NCBI GenBank assembly: GCA_964533495.1
Contig: CAZHJU010000009.1
Span: 25,041-89,040 of the forward strand
Direction: 5' to 3'
Source: an uncultured Bordetella sp.
Lineage (GTDB): Bacteria; Pseudomonadota; Gammaproteobacteria; Burkholderiales; SG8-41
DNA length: 64,000 nucleotides
Shown: piece by piece, positions 30,948 to 39,035 of the stretch
Layout of the letters: each line of letters begins with the position of its first letter
How positions within the stretch are numbered: the stretch's first letter is position 1
The notes under the pieces: generated by a model
What the model saw: only the letters and a program-made list of their open reading frames with translations
Database searches by the model: none
What the model was told of the DNA's origin: nothing
Translations under genes and position numbers: made by a program

Positions 30948-31844
30948 GTGACGATGTACCCCACCAAACTCTACGTAATCGGCAACGGTTTTGACTTATG
31001 GCATGAAATTCCGTCTGGTTACGCGCAGTTCAAGCAGCACACGAGGCAACGGCATCAAGACCTTTTCGATGCTATCGATCGCTATCTTCCAGCCGATGAA
31101 GAATGGAATAATCTCGAAGCTGCCTTGGCCAACATTGACGTGGACAGCATCATTGAGAATCTCGATCACTTCATGCTTTCCTACGGTGCCGAGAACTGGA
31201 GCGACTCAGGGCATCATGATTTTCAGTACGAGGTCAAACAGGTCGTGCAACGTCTCTCGACCAAACTCAGGGCTCGGTTCGCCGAATGGATACGGTCGCT
31301 GAAGATTCCAACGCCCGACACGGCGGTGAAGCGCCTGAGCAGGATCGACGTAAACGCCGCTTTCCTCACCTTCAACTACACACCAACGCTTGCAAGTCTC
31401 TATGCGGTGCCGTCTTCGCATGTGCTGCACATTCATGGTGAGGCCACGATGCAGGACAGCGAGTTAATCCTGGGGCATGCGTGGAATCCAGCGCAGCACC
31501 TCCCCCTCAATGACCGACCAGGTATCGAAGACATCGATATCCGCCTGAGGGAGGCCCACGGCATCCTGGATGGCTACTTCTCGAAGACGTTCAAACCGTC
31601 AGAACGCCTGATCCGCGAGCATCAGGCATTCTTTGACCAGCTCGTCGCAATAGAGACCGTGCATGTACTCGGACATTCTCTAGCTGAAGTGGATGCTCCC
31701 TACATCCAGGCATTGCTCAAAGTGCCCAGCGTTTCTGCCGCCTATTGGTATGTAGCCTGCCGCTCGGAGCAGGAGCGTCCAACGAAGCGTGATCGGTTGA
31801 TCGCGCTTGGGGTAGATACCCAGCGAGCTGTGCCCGTTCTCTGA
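30948..31844 (+). CDS. AbiH-like abortive-infection family protein
   Basis: The N-terminus KLYVIGNGFDLWHEIPSGYAQF, and later FNYTPTL...HVLHIHG, match my memory of the AbiH family signature (IIGNGFDL...Y.dF...NYT...HiHG). An ATG at 30954 is an alternative start. The gene and its flanks are visibly AT-richer than the surroundings. Confidence 0.65.
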   Translation: MTMYPTKLYVIGNGFDLWHEIPSGYAQFKQHTRQRHQDLFDAIDRYLPADEEWNNLEAALANIDVDSIIENLDHFMLSYGAENWSDSGHHDFQYEVKQVVQRLSTKLRARFAEWIRSLKIPTPDTAVKRLSRIDVNAAFLTFNYTPTLASLYAVPSSHVLHIHGEATMQDSELILGHAWNPAQHLPLNDRPGIEDIDIRLREAHGILDGYFSKTFKPSERLIREHQAFFDQLVAIETVHVLGHSLAEVDAPYIQALLKVPSVSAAYWYVACRSEQERPTKRDRLIALGVDTQRAVPVL

Positions 31845-32046
31845 ACCGACTACTAGTCGGTGCAGTTCGGGGCCGAAGTGGAATTCCCAGAATTTAGTGG
31901 CCACGTTTGGCTATTCGCTCGAAGTCTCTTGTGGCTCAGCAGAGGGATGATGTTGCGGTCGATGACGCCTTAAGCGCCGGAGTTGATTTCTTTTTTACGG
32001 ATGGCTATTCGGCCCACTTATCTTTGATCTTTCAGTGGGTGATTAC

Positions 32047-32079
32047 AAAAAAAGGGGCCTCCCGGCCCCTTTTCCTTTT
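32047..32079. terminator. bidirectional intrinsic terminator
   Basis: AAAAAAA-GGGGCC-TCCC-GGCCCC-TTTTCCTTTT. It lies between the convergent AbiH-like gene (+) and the UGSC gene (-). Confidence 0.7.
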
Positions 32080-32096
32080 CCACAACTTCCTCACGG

Positions 32097-32636
32097 CTAA
32101 CCCGCCTGCTGCCCCTTCAACAACAACTCCACCACCTGCGGCGTAATCTCCGCCGCGCGCTGATCCAACTGTTCCGGCGTCAGGTTGGCGATCGGGTGCG
32201 GCACCACCAGGAACTTGAAATCCGGCACGCCCCAGGTTTTCGCCATCGCCTTGCCGGTGACCGTGAACACGTGGGTCACGATGGAAGCCGAAGGCACGCC
32301 CTGCTGTTCAAACATTATGCTGTCGAGCACACTGCCCGAGCTGCATGACCCTCAGTCGCCGACACCCGCAACGATGACGTCGCAGTTCGCCTTGTATTCG
32401 GCGAGCAGTTCCGGGCTGGGCGCGGAACCGGAGCTTTTCTTGCGGCGGATCAGGTGCGTCTTGGCGCCGTGTTCGCGCTCGAGGATGCCGGCGACGCGCA
32501 GCAGGATCTGGTCGGAGTTGTACTTGGTGTTGTCGACCAGGCCGACGCGCAGGCCTTTCAGCGACTTCGGCCGCGGCACGAAGCTGATCTTTCGCCCGGT
32601 GGCTTCGGTGGTGGGATCGTAAATCTGGATGCTCAT
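32097..32636 (-). CDS. UGSC-motif (seleno)protein with in-frame UGA at 32352..32354 read as Sec
   Basis: Track ORFs 32352..32636 and 32097..32330 are in the same frame and are separated only by one TGA. The joined sequence reads ...DVIVAGVGD-U-GSCSSGSVLDSIMFEQQG..., a UxxC redox motif. AAGGAGG RBS lies before the ATG at 32636. Confidence 0.7.
32323..32339 (-). promoter_or_regulatory. candidate bacterial SECIS hairpin
   Basis: The mRNA sequence UCGGGCA-GUG-UGCUCGA forms a 7-bp stem including one G-U pair, with a GUG loop. It starts 12 nt after the UGA. Confidence 0.45.
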
Positions 32637-32646
32637 AACGACCTCC

Positions 32647-32812
32647 TTATAAAAATATCAATAAAATCAAATATTTATAGAATTTGTCATTCCGGATGTG
32701 TGTCGTACGATCCGGAATCCAGTGGTTTCGCCGGCGCTGCTGCTGGATTCCGGCGTTCGCCGGAATGACGGGATATCGGGGGTTTCTCTGTGAACTCTGT
32801 GCCCTCTGTGGC
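32647..32812 (-). repeat. composite intergenic repeat (second copy; GC-rich palindromic module + AT-rich module)
   Basis: The reverse complement reads GCCACAGAGGGCACAGAGTTCACAGAGAAACCCCCGATATCCCGTCATTCCGGCGAACGCCGGAATCCAG...CTGGATTCCGG...TCCGGAATGAC-AAATTCTATAAATATTTGATTTTATTGATATTTTTATAA. It ends 10 nt before the start codon at 32636. Confidence 0.75.
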
Positions 32813-32831
32813 TGAAAAGGTTTTTGCATTT

Positions 32832-33869
32832 TCACGATACCCGGATTTCGCGCGTGACGCTCTGCGAGCCGTTCTTGCCGCCCCAGCCCGGGATGTAGCA
32901 GGACTGCACGCCGGCGCGTCCGCCGGCAGCAATCACCAGCAGGTCCTGCGGCGCGTGCACGAGGTTGACCATTTCCTTTTCGCTCTCGGCGGTGGGCGTG
33001 CCCGGTTTCATGATCGCGCGCTGCAGTTCCGCCACCGACACCTGCGTGTGTTCGAACACGTATTTCTGGACGTCCTCGCGCGACCAGCCGCCTTTCTTCA
33101 TGATTTCCTGGTGCTCGCCGGCGAACACCATCGCGTACTGCGGCTGGCGGTTGGTGCCCGCGGATATGCGCATCTGCGCGCAGGCAGTGGCCAGCACGCC
33201 CTCGGGCGTCGCACTGAGGCCGTTCGAATACTGGTGCGGCGCGAAGGCGGCGAAAATCGTCACCGCGCTCTGCTCCGGCCGGAAACCACGCGTGGTGTGG
33301 AAAGCCGGCCACGGGCTGTCTTCCTCGTTCTCGGCGATACAGTAGCTGTACTTGCCGGCATGGCCGAGACTGGAGCGGTCGAGCTCGCCGGGCAGCGTGC
33401 CGATGACGTTGCGCATCACCAGACGGATCGCGCGGCCGATGGTGGCGTTGGCGCGCCAGCCGGGGCCGAACAGGTTGTCGCCGCTGTTCATGCCGAGTTT
33501 TTTCGCGATCGGGCCGTTGACCAGCATGAACACCGCGGAGCCGCCGGTGCTGGTCGCCGGGCCGTGGTAGCCGTACAGCGGATCGGCCAGCGCCTCGACG
33601 GCCGCCGCGATCACCGGCATGTATTCGGGCTTGCAGCCGGCCATCACCGCGTTGATCGCGACCTTTTCGGCGGTCACCGACACCTGGCGGTTTTCGATGA
33701 AGGCCAGCTGGTGGTCGGGCTTCAGCGCGGCGCCGTCGAGCATCGCCGCGATGCGGTCCGCGGTCGGCGGAATCACCGGCAGGCCGTCGGTCCAGCCCTT
33801 GGCGTAACACAGGTCGATGGCGCTGCCGAGATCGTCGGCGGTGTGCTTGCGCGATTTGAGTTCGATCAT
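32832..33869 (-). CDS. conserved hypothetical protein (upstream partner of the UGSC gene)
   Basis: ATG at 33869 after GAGGAG (MIELKSRKHTADDLGSAIDLCYAKGWTDGLPVIPPT...). The 345-aa ORF looks like coding sequence, but I recognise no family. Confidence 0.55.
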   Translation of the reverse strand: MIELKSRKHTADDLGSAIDLCYAKGWTDGLPVIPPTADRIAAMLDGAALKPDHQLAFIENRQVSVTAEKVAINAVMAGCKPEYMPVIAAAVEALADPLYGYHGPATSTGGSAVFMLVNGPIAKKLGMNSGDNLFGPGWRANATIGRAIRLVMRNVIGTLPGELDRSSLGHAGKYSYCIAENEEDSPWPAFHTTRGFRPEQSAVTIFAAFAPHQYSNGLSATPEGVLATACAQMRISAGTNRQPQYAMVFAGEHQEIMKKGGWSREDVQKYVFEHTQVSVAELQRAIMKPGTPTAESEKEMVNLVHAPQDLLVIAAGGRAGVQSCYIPGWGGKNGSQSVTREIRVS

Positions 33870-34076
33870 GCCGCTCCTCACGGGAAACCCGGTCTTGCGC
33901 CGGAAAAAGTGGAATCGAGTCTACTCCAAACATGGAATAGCGCCGCAGTGCATTCCAGATAGTGACGCACTACGGTTGACGCACCGGCGCCAGCCGGAAT
34001 CCAGGTTTTTCCTGCCGAATCGGGTGGTTACCGGGTTCCGGCTGGACGGTCAATTCTGCTAACGTGGCGCCTCGCC

Positions 34077-34412
34077 ATGTTGCCGCCCGCCGAACTCCTG
34101 CTGTCCGCCCTTTTCCTCGCCCTCGCCTGGCTGTGGTGGGACAGCATGCAGGCGCGCGAAGCGGCCGTCGCCATGGCGCGCAGCGCCTGCGAGGCCGAGG
34201 GCCTGCAGTTCCTCGACGACACCGTGGGCATCGCCAGCCTCAAACCCGCGCGCAATGCCGACGGCCGCCTGCTGCTGCAACGGGCCTACGACTTCGAGTT
34301 CAGCGACACCGGCGACAACCGCATGAAAGGCAGCGTGGTCATACTGGGCCGCCAGGTGCTCCTGCTCAACCTGCAGCCGCGCACCACGGCGACCATCATC
34401 ACGCTGCGCTGA
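34077..34412 (+). CDS. small membrane protein, DUF3301-like
   Basis: 111 aa with the N-terminal helix LLLSALFLALAWLWW. It sits directly upstream of the U32-peptidase pair. The family name is from memory. Confidence 0.5.
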   Translation: MLPPAELLLSALFLALAWLWWDSMQAREAAVAMARSACEAEGLQFLDDTVGIASLKPARNADGRLLLQRAYDFEFSDTGDNRMKGSVVILGRQVLLLNLQPRTTATIITLR

Positions 34413-34552
34413 CGCACGACGCGCCGCGGTGCCGGCGCAGCCCTTGATGCATATCAACGCCCGCAATCCGCCGATGGGGCATCGTGCCGGCTGGCGCAAC
34501 CCTTGGCGATCCGGCCCGGGGAAGAAGCCGAGGTGAAACGCCCCATGCCGTC

Positions 34553-35566
34553 ATGCCGAAATCCTCACGCATCGAACTGGTCTGTCCGGCCGGCAGCCTG
34601 ACTGCGCTGAAGGCCGCCGTCGACAACGGCGCCGACTGCGTCTACATCGGATTGCGCGACAACACCAACGCGCGCAACTTCGCCGGCCTGAATTTCGACC
34701 GCGCGGCCGCGGAACAGGGCGTGCATTACGCCCATGCCCGCGGCGCCAGGGTCCTGCTCGCGATCAACACCTACCCGCAACCCGACGGCTGGGAGCGCTG
34801 GACCCGCGCGGTGGACACGGCCGCCGCCGTCGGCATCGATGCGATCATCGTCGCCGACCCCGGGCTGATGCAGTATGCCGCCCGCGCCCACCCCGGCCTG
34901 CGCCTGCACCTCTCGGTGCAGGGTTCGGCGACCAACCATGAGGCGATCAACTTCTATCACCGCCATTTCAACGTGCAGCGCGCGGTGCTGCCGCGCGTGC
35001 TGTCGCTGGCGCAGGTGAAGGCCCTCGCCGCCGGCACCCCGGTCGAAATCGAGGTGTTCGGTTTCGGCAGCCTGTGCGTGATGGTCGAAGGCCGCTGCGC
35101 GCTGTCGTCCTACGTCACCGGCGAATCGCCCAACACCACCGGCGTGTGCTCCCCCGCCAGGGCGGTGCGCTGGCAGGATACGCCGCAGGGACTGGAGTCG
35201 CGCCTGAACGGCGTGCTGATCGACCGCTATTCCAGGGACGAGAATGCCGCGTACCCGACGCTGTGCAAGGGCCGCTTCGAAGTCGGCGGCGACACCTACT
35301 ATGCGATCGAGGAGCCGGCGAGCCTCAACACGCTGGAACTGCTGCCGGAACTGCGGAACATCGGCGTCTCCGCGATCAAGATCGAAGGCCGTCAGCGCAG
35401 CCCGGCATACGTCGCCCAGGTCACCCGGGTATGGCGGCAGGCCATCGACCGCTGCCTCGGGGAAACGGCGGATTACGCCGTACGCCCGGAATGGGATCTG
35501 GCCCTGCGCCGCGTCTCCGAAGGCCAGAACCAGACGCTGGGCGCCTATCACCGCCCGTGGAAATGA
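34553..35566 (+). CDS. ubiU: U32-family protein, O2-independent ubiquinone hydroxylation subunit UbiU-like
   Basis: ATG at 34553 (MPKSSRIELVCPAGSLTALKAAVDNGADCVYIGL). It has a Cys cluster (CVMVEGRCALSS...C...C) and is followed by a second U32 paralogue and an SCP2 gene. Confidence 0.75.
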   Translation: MPKSSRIELVCPAGSLTALKAAVDNGADCVYIGLRDNTNARNFAGLNFDRAAAEQGVHYAHARGARVLLAINTYPQPDGWERWTRAVDTAAAVGIDAIIVADPGLMQYAARAHPGLRLHLSVQGSATNHEAINFYHRHFNVQRAVLPRVLSLAQVKALAAGTPVEIEVFGFGSLCVMVEGRCALSSYVTGESPNTTGVCSPARAVRWQDTPQGLESRLNGVLIDRYSRDENAAYPTLCKGRFEVGGDTYYAIEEPASLNTLELLPELRNIGVSAIKIEGRQRSPAYVAQVTRVWRQAIDRCLGETADYAVRPEWDLALRRVSEGQNQTLGAYHRPWK

Positions 35567-35579
35567 AGGCCGCCACGGC

Positions 35580-36479
35580 ATGAAACTCGCACTGGGACCG
35601 CTGCTCTATTACTGGCCGCGGCAGCGCACACTCGATTTCTATGCCGCCGTCGCGGCCGCCCCCGTCGACATCGTGTACCTCGGCGAGACGGTGTGCTCGC
35701 GGCGCCACGAGCTGCGCCTGCCCGACTGGCTGGACATCGCGGAACGGCTCTCCGCGGCCGGCAAGGAAGTCGTGCTGTCCACGCAGGCGCTGATCGAATC
35801 GGAATCCGACCTGAGGACGCTGCGCCGCATCGCCGCCAACGGGCGCTTCATGGTCGAAGCCAATGACATGGGCGCCGTCTCGCTGATGGCGGGCGCCCCC
35901 TTCGTCGCCAGCCCGCATCTGAACGTGTTCAATCCGCACACACTGGCCTTCCTCGCCACGCTCGGCGCGACGCGCTGGGTGGCGCCGCTGGAAATGTCGC
36001 GGACGGCGCTCGCCGCGATGCAGCACGGGCGCCCCGCCGGCATACAGACCGAGCTCTTCGGCTACGGCCGGCTGCCGCTCGCGTTCTCCGCGCGCTGCTT
36101 TACCGCGCGCCGCCACAACCTGCAGAAGGACAACTGCGGATTCCGCTGCATCGACTATCCGGACGGCCTGGATCTGCGCAGCCGGGAAGGCCGGCCGTTC
36201 CTGGCGCTCAACGGCATCCAGACGCAATCCGCGCAGACCCAGAACCTGGTCCGCGAACTCGACGATCTTGCGCAGGCCGGCATCGACGTGCTGCGCATCA
36301 GCCCGCAGTCGGCGCACACGCCGGAGATCATCGCGCTGTTCCGGCAATGCCTGGAACGGTCGATCAGCCCGGCGCAGGCTGCGCTGCGGGCGGAAGCCCT
36401 GATGCCCGGAGAGGCCTGCAACGGCTACTGGCACGGCAGGCCGGGACTCGAGCAGGTCGCCGCGACAGACCGGGCCTGA
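35580..36479 (+). CDS. ubiV: U32-family protein, UbiV-like
   Basis: ATG at 35580 (MKLALGPLLYYWPRQRTLDFY...). It has conserved Cys residues (CSRRHE, ARCFTARRHNLQKDNCGFRC). Confidence 0.75.
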   Translation: MKLALGPLLYYWPRQRTLDFYAAVAAAPVDIVYLGETVCSRRHELRLPDWLDIAERLSAAGKEVVLSTQALIESESDLRTLRRIAANGRFMVEANDMGAVSLMAGAPFVASPHLNVFNPHTLAFLATLGATRWVAPLEMSRTALAAMQHGRPAGIQTELFGYGRLPLAFSARCFTARRHNLQKDNCGFRCIDYPDGLDLRSREGRPFLALNGIQTQSAQTQNLVRELDDLAQAGIDVLRISPQSAHTPEIIALFRQCLERSISPAQAALRAEALMPGEACNGYWHGRPGLEQVAATDRA

Positions 36480-36485
36480 ACGATC

Positions 36486-37103
36486 ATGTACTACGGCGAA
36501 CGGCTCAACGGCGGCACCCACCTGGCGGGCGCGGCGCTGGCGGCGGCCGGCGCCGCCATGCTGGTCGTGCTCGCCGCGCAGCAGGGCGACCCCTGGAAAA
36601 TCACCAGCTTCAGCATCTACGGCGCCATGCTGCTGGCGCTGTACACGATATCCACGCTGTACCACAGCACCCGCGGCCGCCTGAAAAACATGTTCCGCAA
36701 ACTGGATCACTGCTCGATCTACCTGCTGATCGCGGGCACCTACACGCCGTTCACGCTGGTCACGCTGCGCGGCGCATGGGGCTGGTCGCTGTTCGGAACG
36801 GTCTGGGGGCTGGCGGTCCTCGGCATCATCCAGGAAGCCTGGCTGGCCAGGGGCGAGCGGATTCTGTCGCTGGTCCTGTACGTGCTGATGGGCTGGCTGG
36901 GCGTGATCGCCATCCAGCCGCTGGTCGCCGCGCTGACGCCGGCCGGATTCTCCTGGCTCGCGGCAGGCGGCCTGCTCTACACCGGCGGCATCGTCTTCTA
37001 TGCGTTCGACGAAAAGCTGCGCCACGGCCACGGCATCTGGCACCTGTTCGTGCTGGCGGGCAGCATCAGCCACTATCTCGCGATACTGTTCTATGTGGCC
37101 TGA
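36486..37103 (+). CDS. trhA: hemolysin III / PAQR-family membrane protein
   Basis: 205 aa with seven hydrophobic segments and the motifs STLYHS, KLDHCSIYLLIAGTYTPF and HGIWHLFVLAGS. Confidence 0.8.
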   Translation: MYYGERLNGGTHLAGAALAAAGAAMLVVLAAQQGDPWKITSFSIYGAMLLALYTISTLYHSTRGRLKNMFRKLDHCSIYLLIAGTYTPFTLVTLRGAWGWSLFGTVWGLAVLGIIQEAWLARGERILSLVLYVLMGWLGVIAIQPLVAALTPAGFSWLAAGGLLYTGGIVFYAFDEKLRHGHGIWHLFVLAGSISHYLAILFYVA

Positions 37104-37668
37104 ACTGCCTGCATTCCCCGGCCCCCTGCGCGCCGCGGTCGCGCGCCTGCCGCATTACCCCGCGTCGGCCGCATTCGCCGCGCTGCTCACGCTGCGTCTG
37201 GGCAGGCACCTCGGCGCCGCGGCGCTGCCGGAACTCGCCGGCAGGAAAATCCGGCTGCAGGTCACCGACATGGGCCTCACCCTGATATTCCAGGCCGCGC
37301 CCGACGGCTTCATTCCGTGCGCCGGCCCCGGCGCCGATCTGACGCTCGCGGCGACCGCGCAGGACTTCCTCGCGCTCGCGCTGCGCCGCGAAGACCCCGA
37401 CACCCTGTTTTTCGCCCGCCGGCTGGCCATGGAAGGCGATACCGAATTGGGCCTGCTGGTCAAGAACACGCTCGACACCCTGGGTCCGGAAACGCTGCGC
37501 ATCAAGATGCCGGCGCCGGCCGCAGTGCTGCGGCTGCTGGGGCTCGCCTGGCGCGACCGGTGGCCCGGTCCGCCGGAACGAACGGGCAGCCCCTATTGCG
37601 CCGTCCAGCCGCCGTCGACGGGCAGCAGGGTGCCGGTGACCGGTGCCGCGTCGTCGCCGGCCAGATAA
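37093..37668 (+). CDS. ubiT: SCP2-domain protein, UbiT-like accessory factor
   Basis: ATG at 37093, overlapping the trhA end. It has the RRLAMEGDTELGLLVKNTLD pattern of SCP2/UbiT. The 3' end is uncertain because the frame runs about 75 nt into the antisense of the bdhA fragment. Confidence 0.6.
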   Translation: MWPELPAFPGPLRAAVARLPHYPASAAFAALLTLRLGRHLGAAALPELAGRKIRLQVTDMGLTLIFQAAPDGFIPCAGPGADLTLAATAQDFLALALRREDPDTLFFARRLAMEGDTELGLLVKNTLDTLGPETLRIKMPAPAAVLRLLGLAWRDRWPGPPERTGSPYCAVQPPSTGSRVPVTGAASSPAR

Positions 37669-37770
37669 CAGGCCAGCGCGGCCACCTGCTCCGCCGTCAC
37701 GAACCGTTTCGTCGGCTGCGCCGCCAGCAGCACGTCGTTCATCACCTGCTTCTCGCTGAGGCCGCGCGCC
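37593..37770 (-). pseudogene. 3'-terminal fragment of 3-hydroxybutyrate dehydrogenase (duplicate of 40211..40388)
   Basis: 178 bp aligns base for base with the 3' end of the intact gene, with about 9 mismatches. It encodes ...GLSEKQVMNDVLLAAQPTKRFVTAEQVAALACYLAGDDAAPVTGTLLPVDGGWTAQ*. Homology stops abruptly at 37770/37771. Confidence 0.85.
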
Positions 37771-38041
37771 GGCCGTGCATGCCTCATGCGGCCGGGAACG
37801 CGACGACATCTACACGCCTGACCAGACGCCGTAAAAAACCAAACCTGCCCGACAGTGCAGTACGTGATGCCCGCCGATCCGGACAAACACGGTTCGCATT
37901 GCATGGCGGCACACTCCGGAAATCACCCGCCCCCGATAGTTCCGGTTCAGAATAAAATAAAGGGGGAGTCTGTCCGGCATTGCGCCTCCTGCAACCCGTC
38001 ACCGTATCTGCCATGGCTCCTCGATCAAGAAAAGGGAAACA

Positions 38042-39028
38042 ATGAAAATCGCAGGCATCAACATCGGTCTCGCGCTCATCGCGACATTTCTTCCCACATT
38101 CGCATCAGCACAGGGAAACACATGGTCACCGGCAAGGAACATTGAAATCATCGCTCCAGCCGGCCCCGGCAGCGCGCTGGATCAAACCGCAAGAGCCGTT
38201 CAGGCTGTCATGCAAGGCGAAAATATCGCAAAACCGCCGATCACGGTCGTAAACAAAGCAGGAGGCGGCCAATCCATCGGCTTCACCTACCTGAACCAAT
38301 CCGACAGCAATGGACACTCCGTCTCAATCGGCACCATAAGCCTGCTCACCAACCGCATAACGGGGGTAAATCCCCTGAACTACGAGGATGTGACGCCTAT
38401 CGCCAATCTGATGGTCGAATACATCGTGTTTGCCGTACGGACGGAGTCGCCACTGGCTGGAGGGAAAGAATTGATCAGCAGCCTGCGTCAGGACGAGAAA
38501 TCCGCATCAATTGCGTTTTCCGGTTCACCCGGCAACCACAACCACATGGCCATCGGCCTGGTCGGAAAAGCGGCAGGCGTCGACGTAAAAAAACTGAAAA
38601 CCGTCGTGTTCAGCTCAGGCGGAGAACTGGCAGCCACATTGCTGGGCAGGCATGTCGACGTGGCAGTCGGGGGCTCGTCGGTGTTCGCCAGCCACGTCAA
38701 GGCCGGCCGAATCAAATTGATTGCCGTAACGGCTCCCGCGCGGCTTGGAGGAGAACTTGGCACCGTTCCCACATGGACCGAACTCGGATTGCCAGTTTCA
38801 TTTGCGACCTTCAGGGGCATCGTCGGACCAAGGAACATGAATCCTGCCGCCGTGCAATTCTGGGAATCCGCGTTGCGCAGGGTATCGGCAAGCAATGAAT
38901 GGAAAAAATTCCTGCAAGCCGGGAGTGCGGAAGGCATGTACCTCGGCGCCGATGATTTCAGGAAATTCCTCGTCTCCGAAAACGCCAGGATTGCGGGCGT
39001 GCTGAAAGACCTCGGTCTGGCAAAATAG
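38042..39028 (+). CDS. Bug/TctC-like substrate-binding protein (divergent, AT-richer copy)
   Basis: 328 aa. Signal peptide MKIAGINIGLALIATFLPTFASAQG and a TctC-like fold (IIAPAGPGSALD, NKAGGG). Codon usage is visibly less GC-biased than in the other Bug genes. Confidence 0.7.
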   Translation: MKIAGINIGLALIATFLPTFASAQGNTWSPARNIEIIAPAGPGSALDQTARAVQAVMQGENIAKPPITVVNKAGGGQSIGFTYLNQSDSNGHSVSIGTISLLTNRITGVNPLNYEDVTPIANLMVEYIVFAVRTESPLAGGKELISSLRQDEKSASIAFSGSPGNHNHMAIGLVGKAAGVDVKKLKTVVFSSGGELAATLLGRHVDVAVGGSSVFASHVKAGRIKLIAVTAPARLGGELGTVPTWTELGLPVSFATFRGIVGPRNMNPAAVQFWESALRRVSASNEWKKFLQAGSAEGMYLGADDFRKFLVSENARIAGVLKDLGLAK

Positions 39029-39035
39029 GCGTGCC

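Noticed and set aside
37855-38145. A small ORF (96 aa) in the non-coding leader of the inserted cassette.
   Set aside because: It overlaps the start of the Bug gene in another frame, and has no coding-like composition or motifs.
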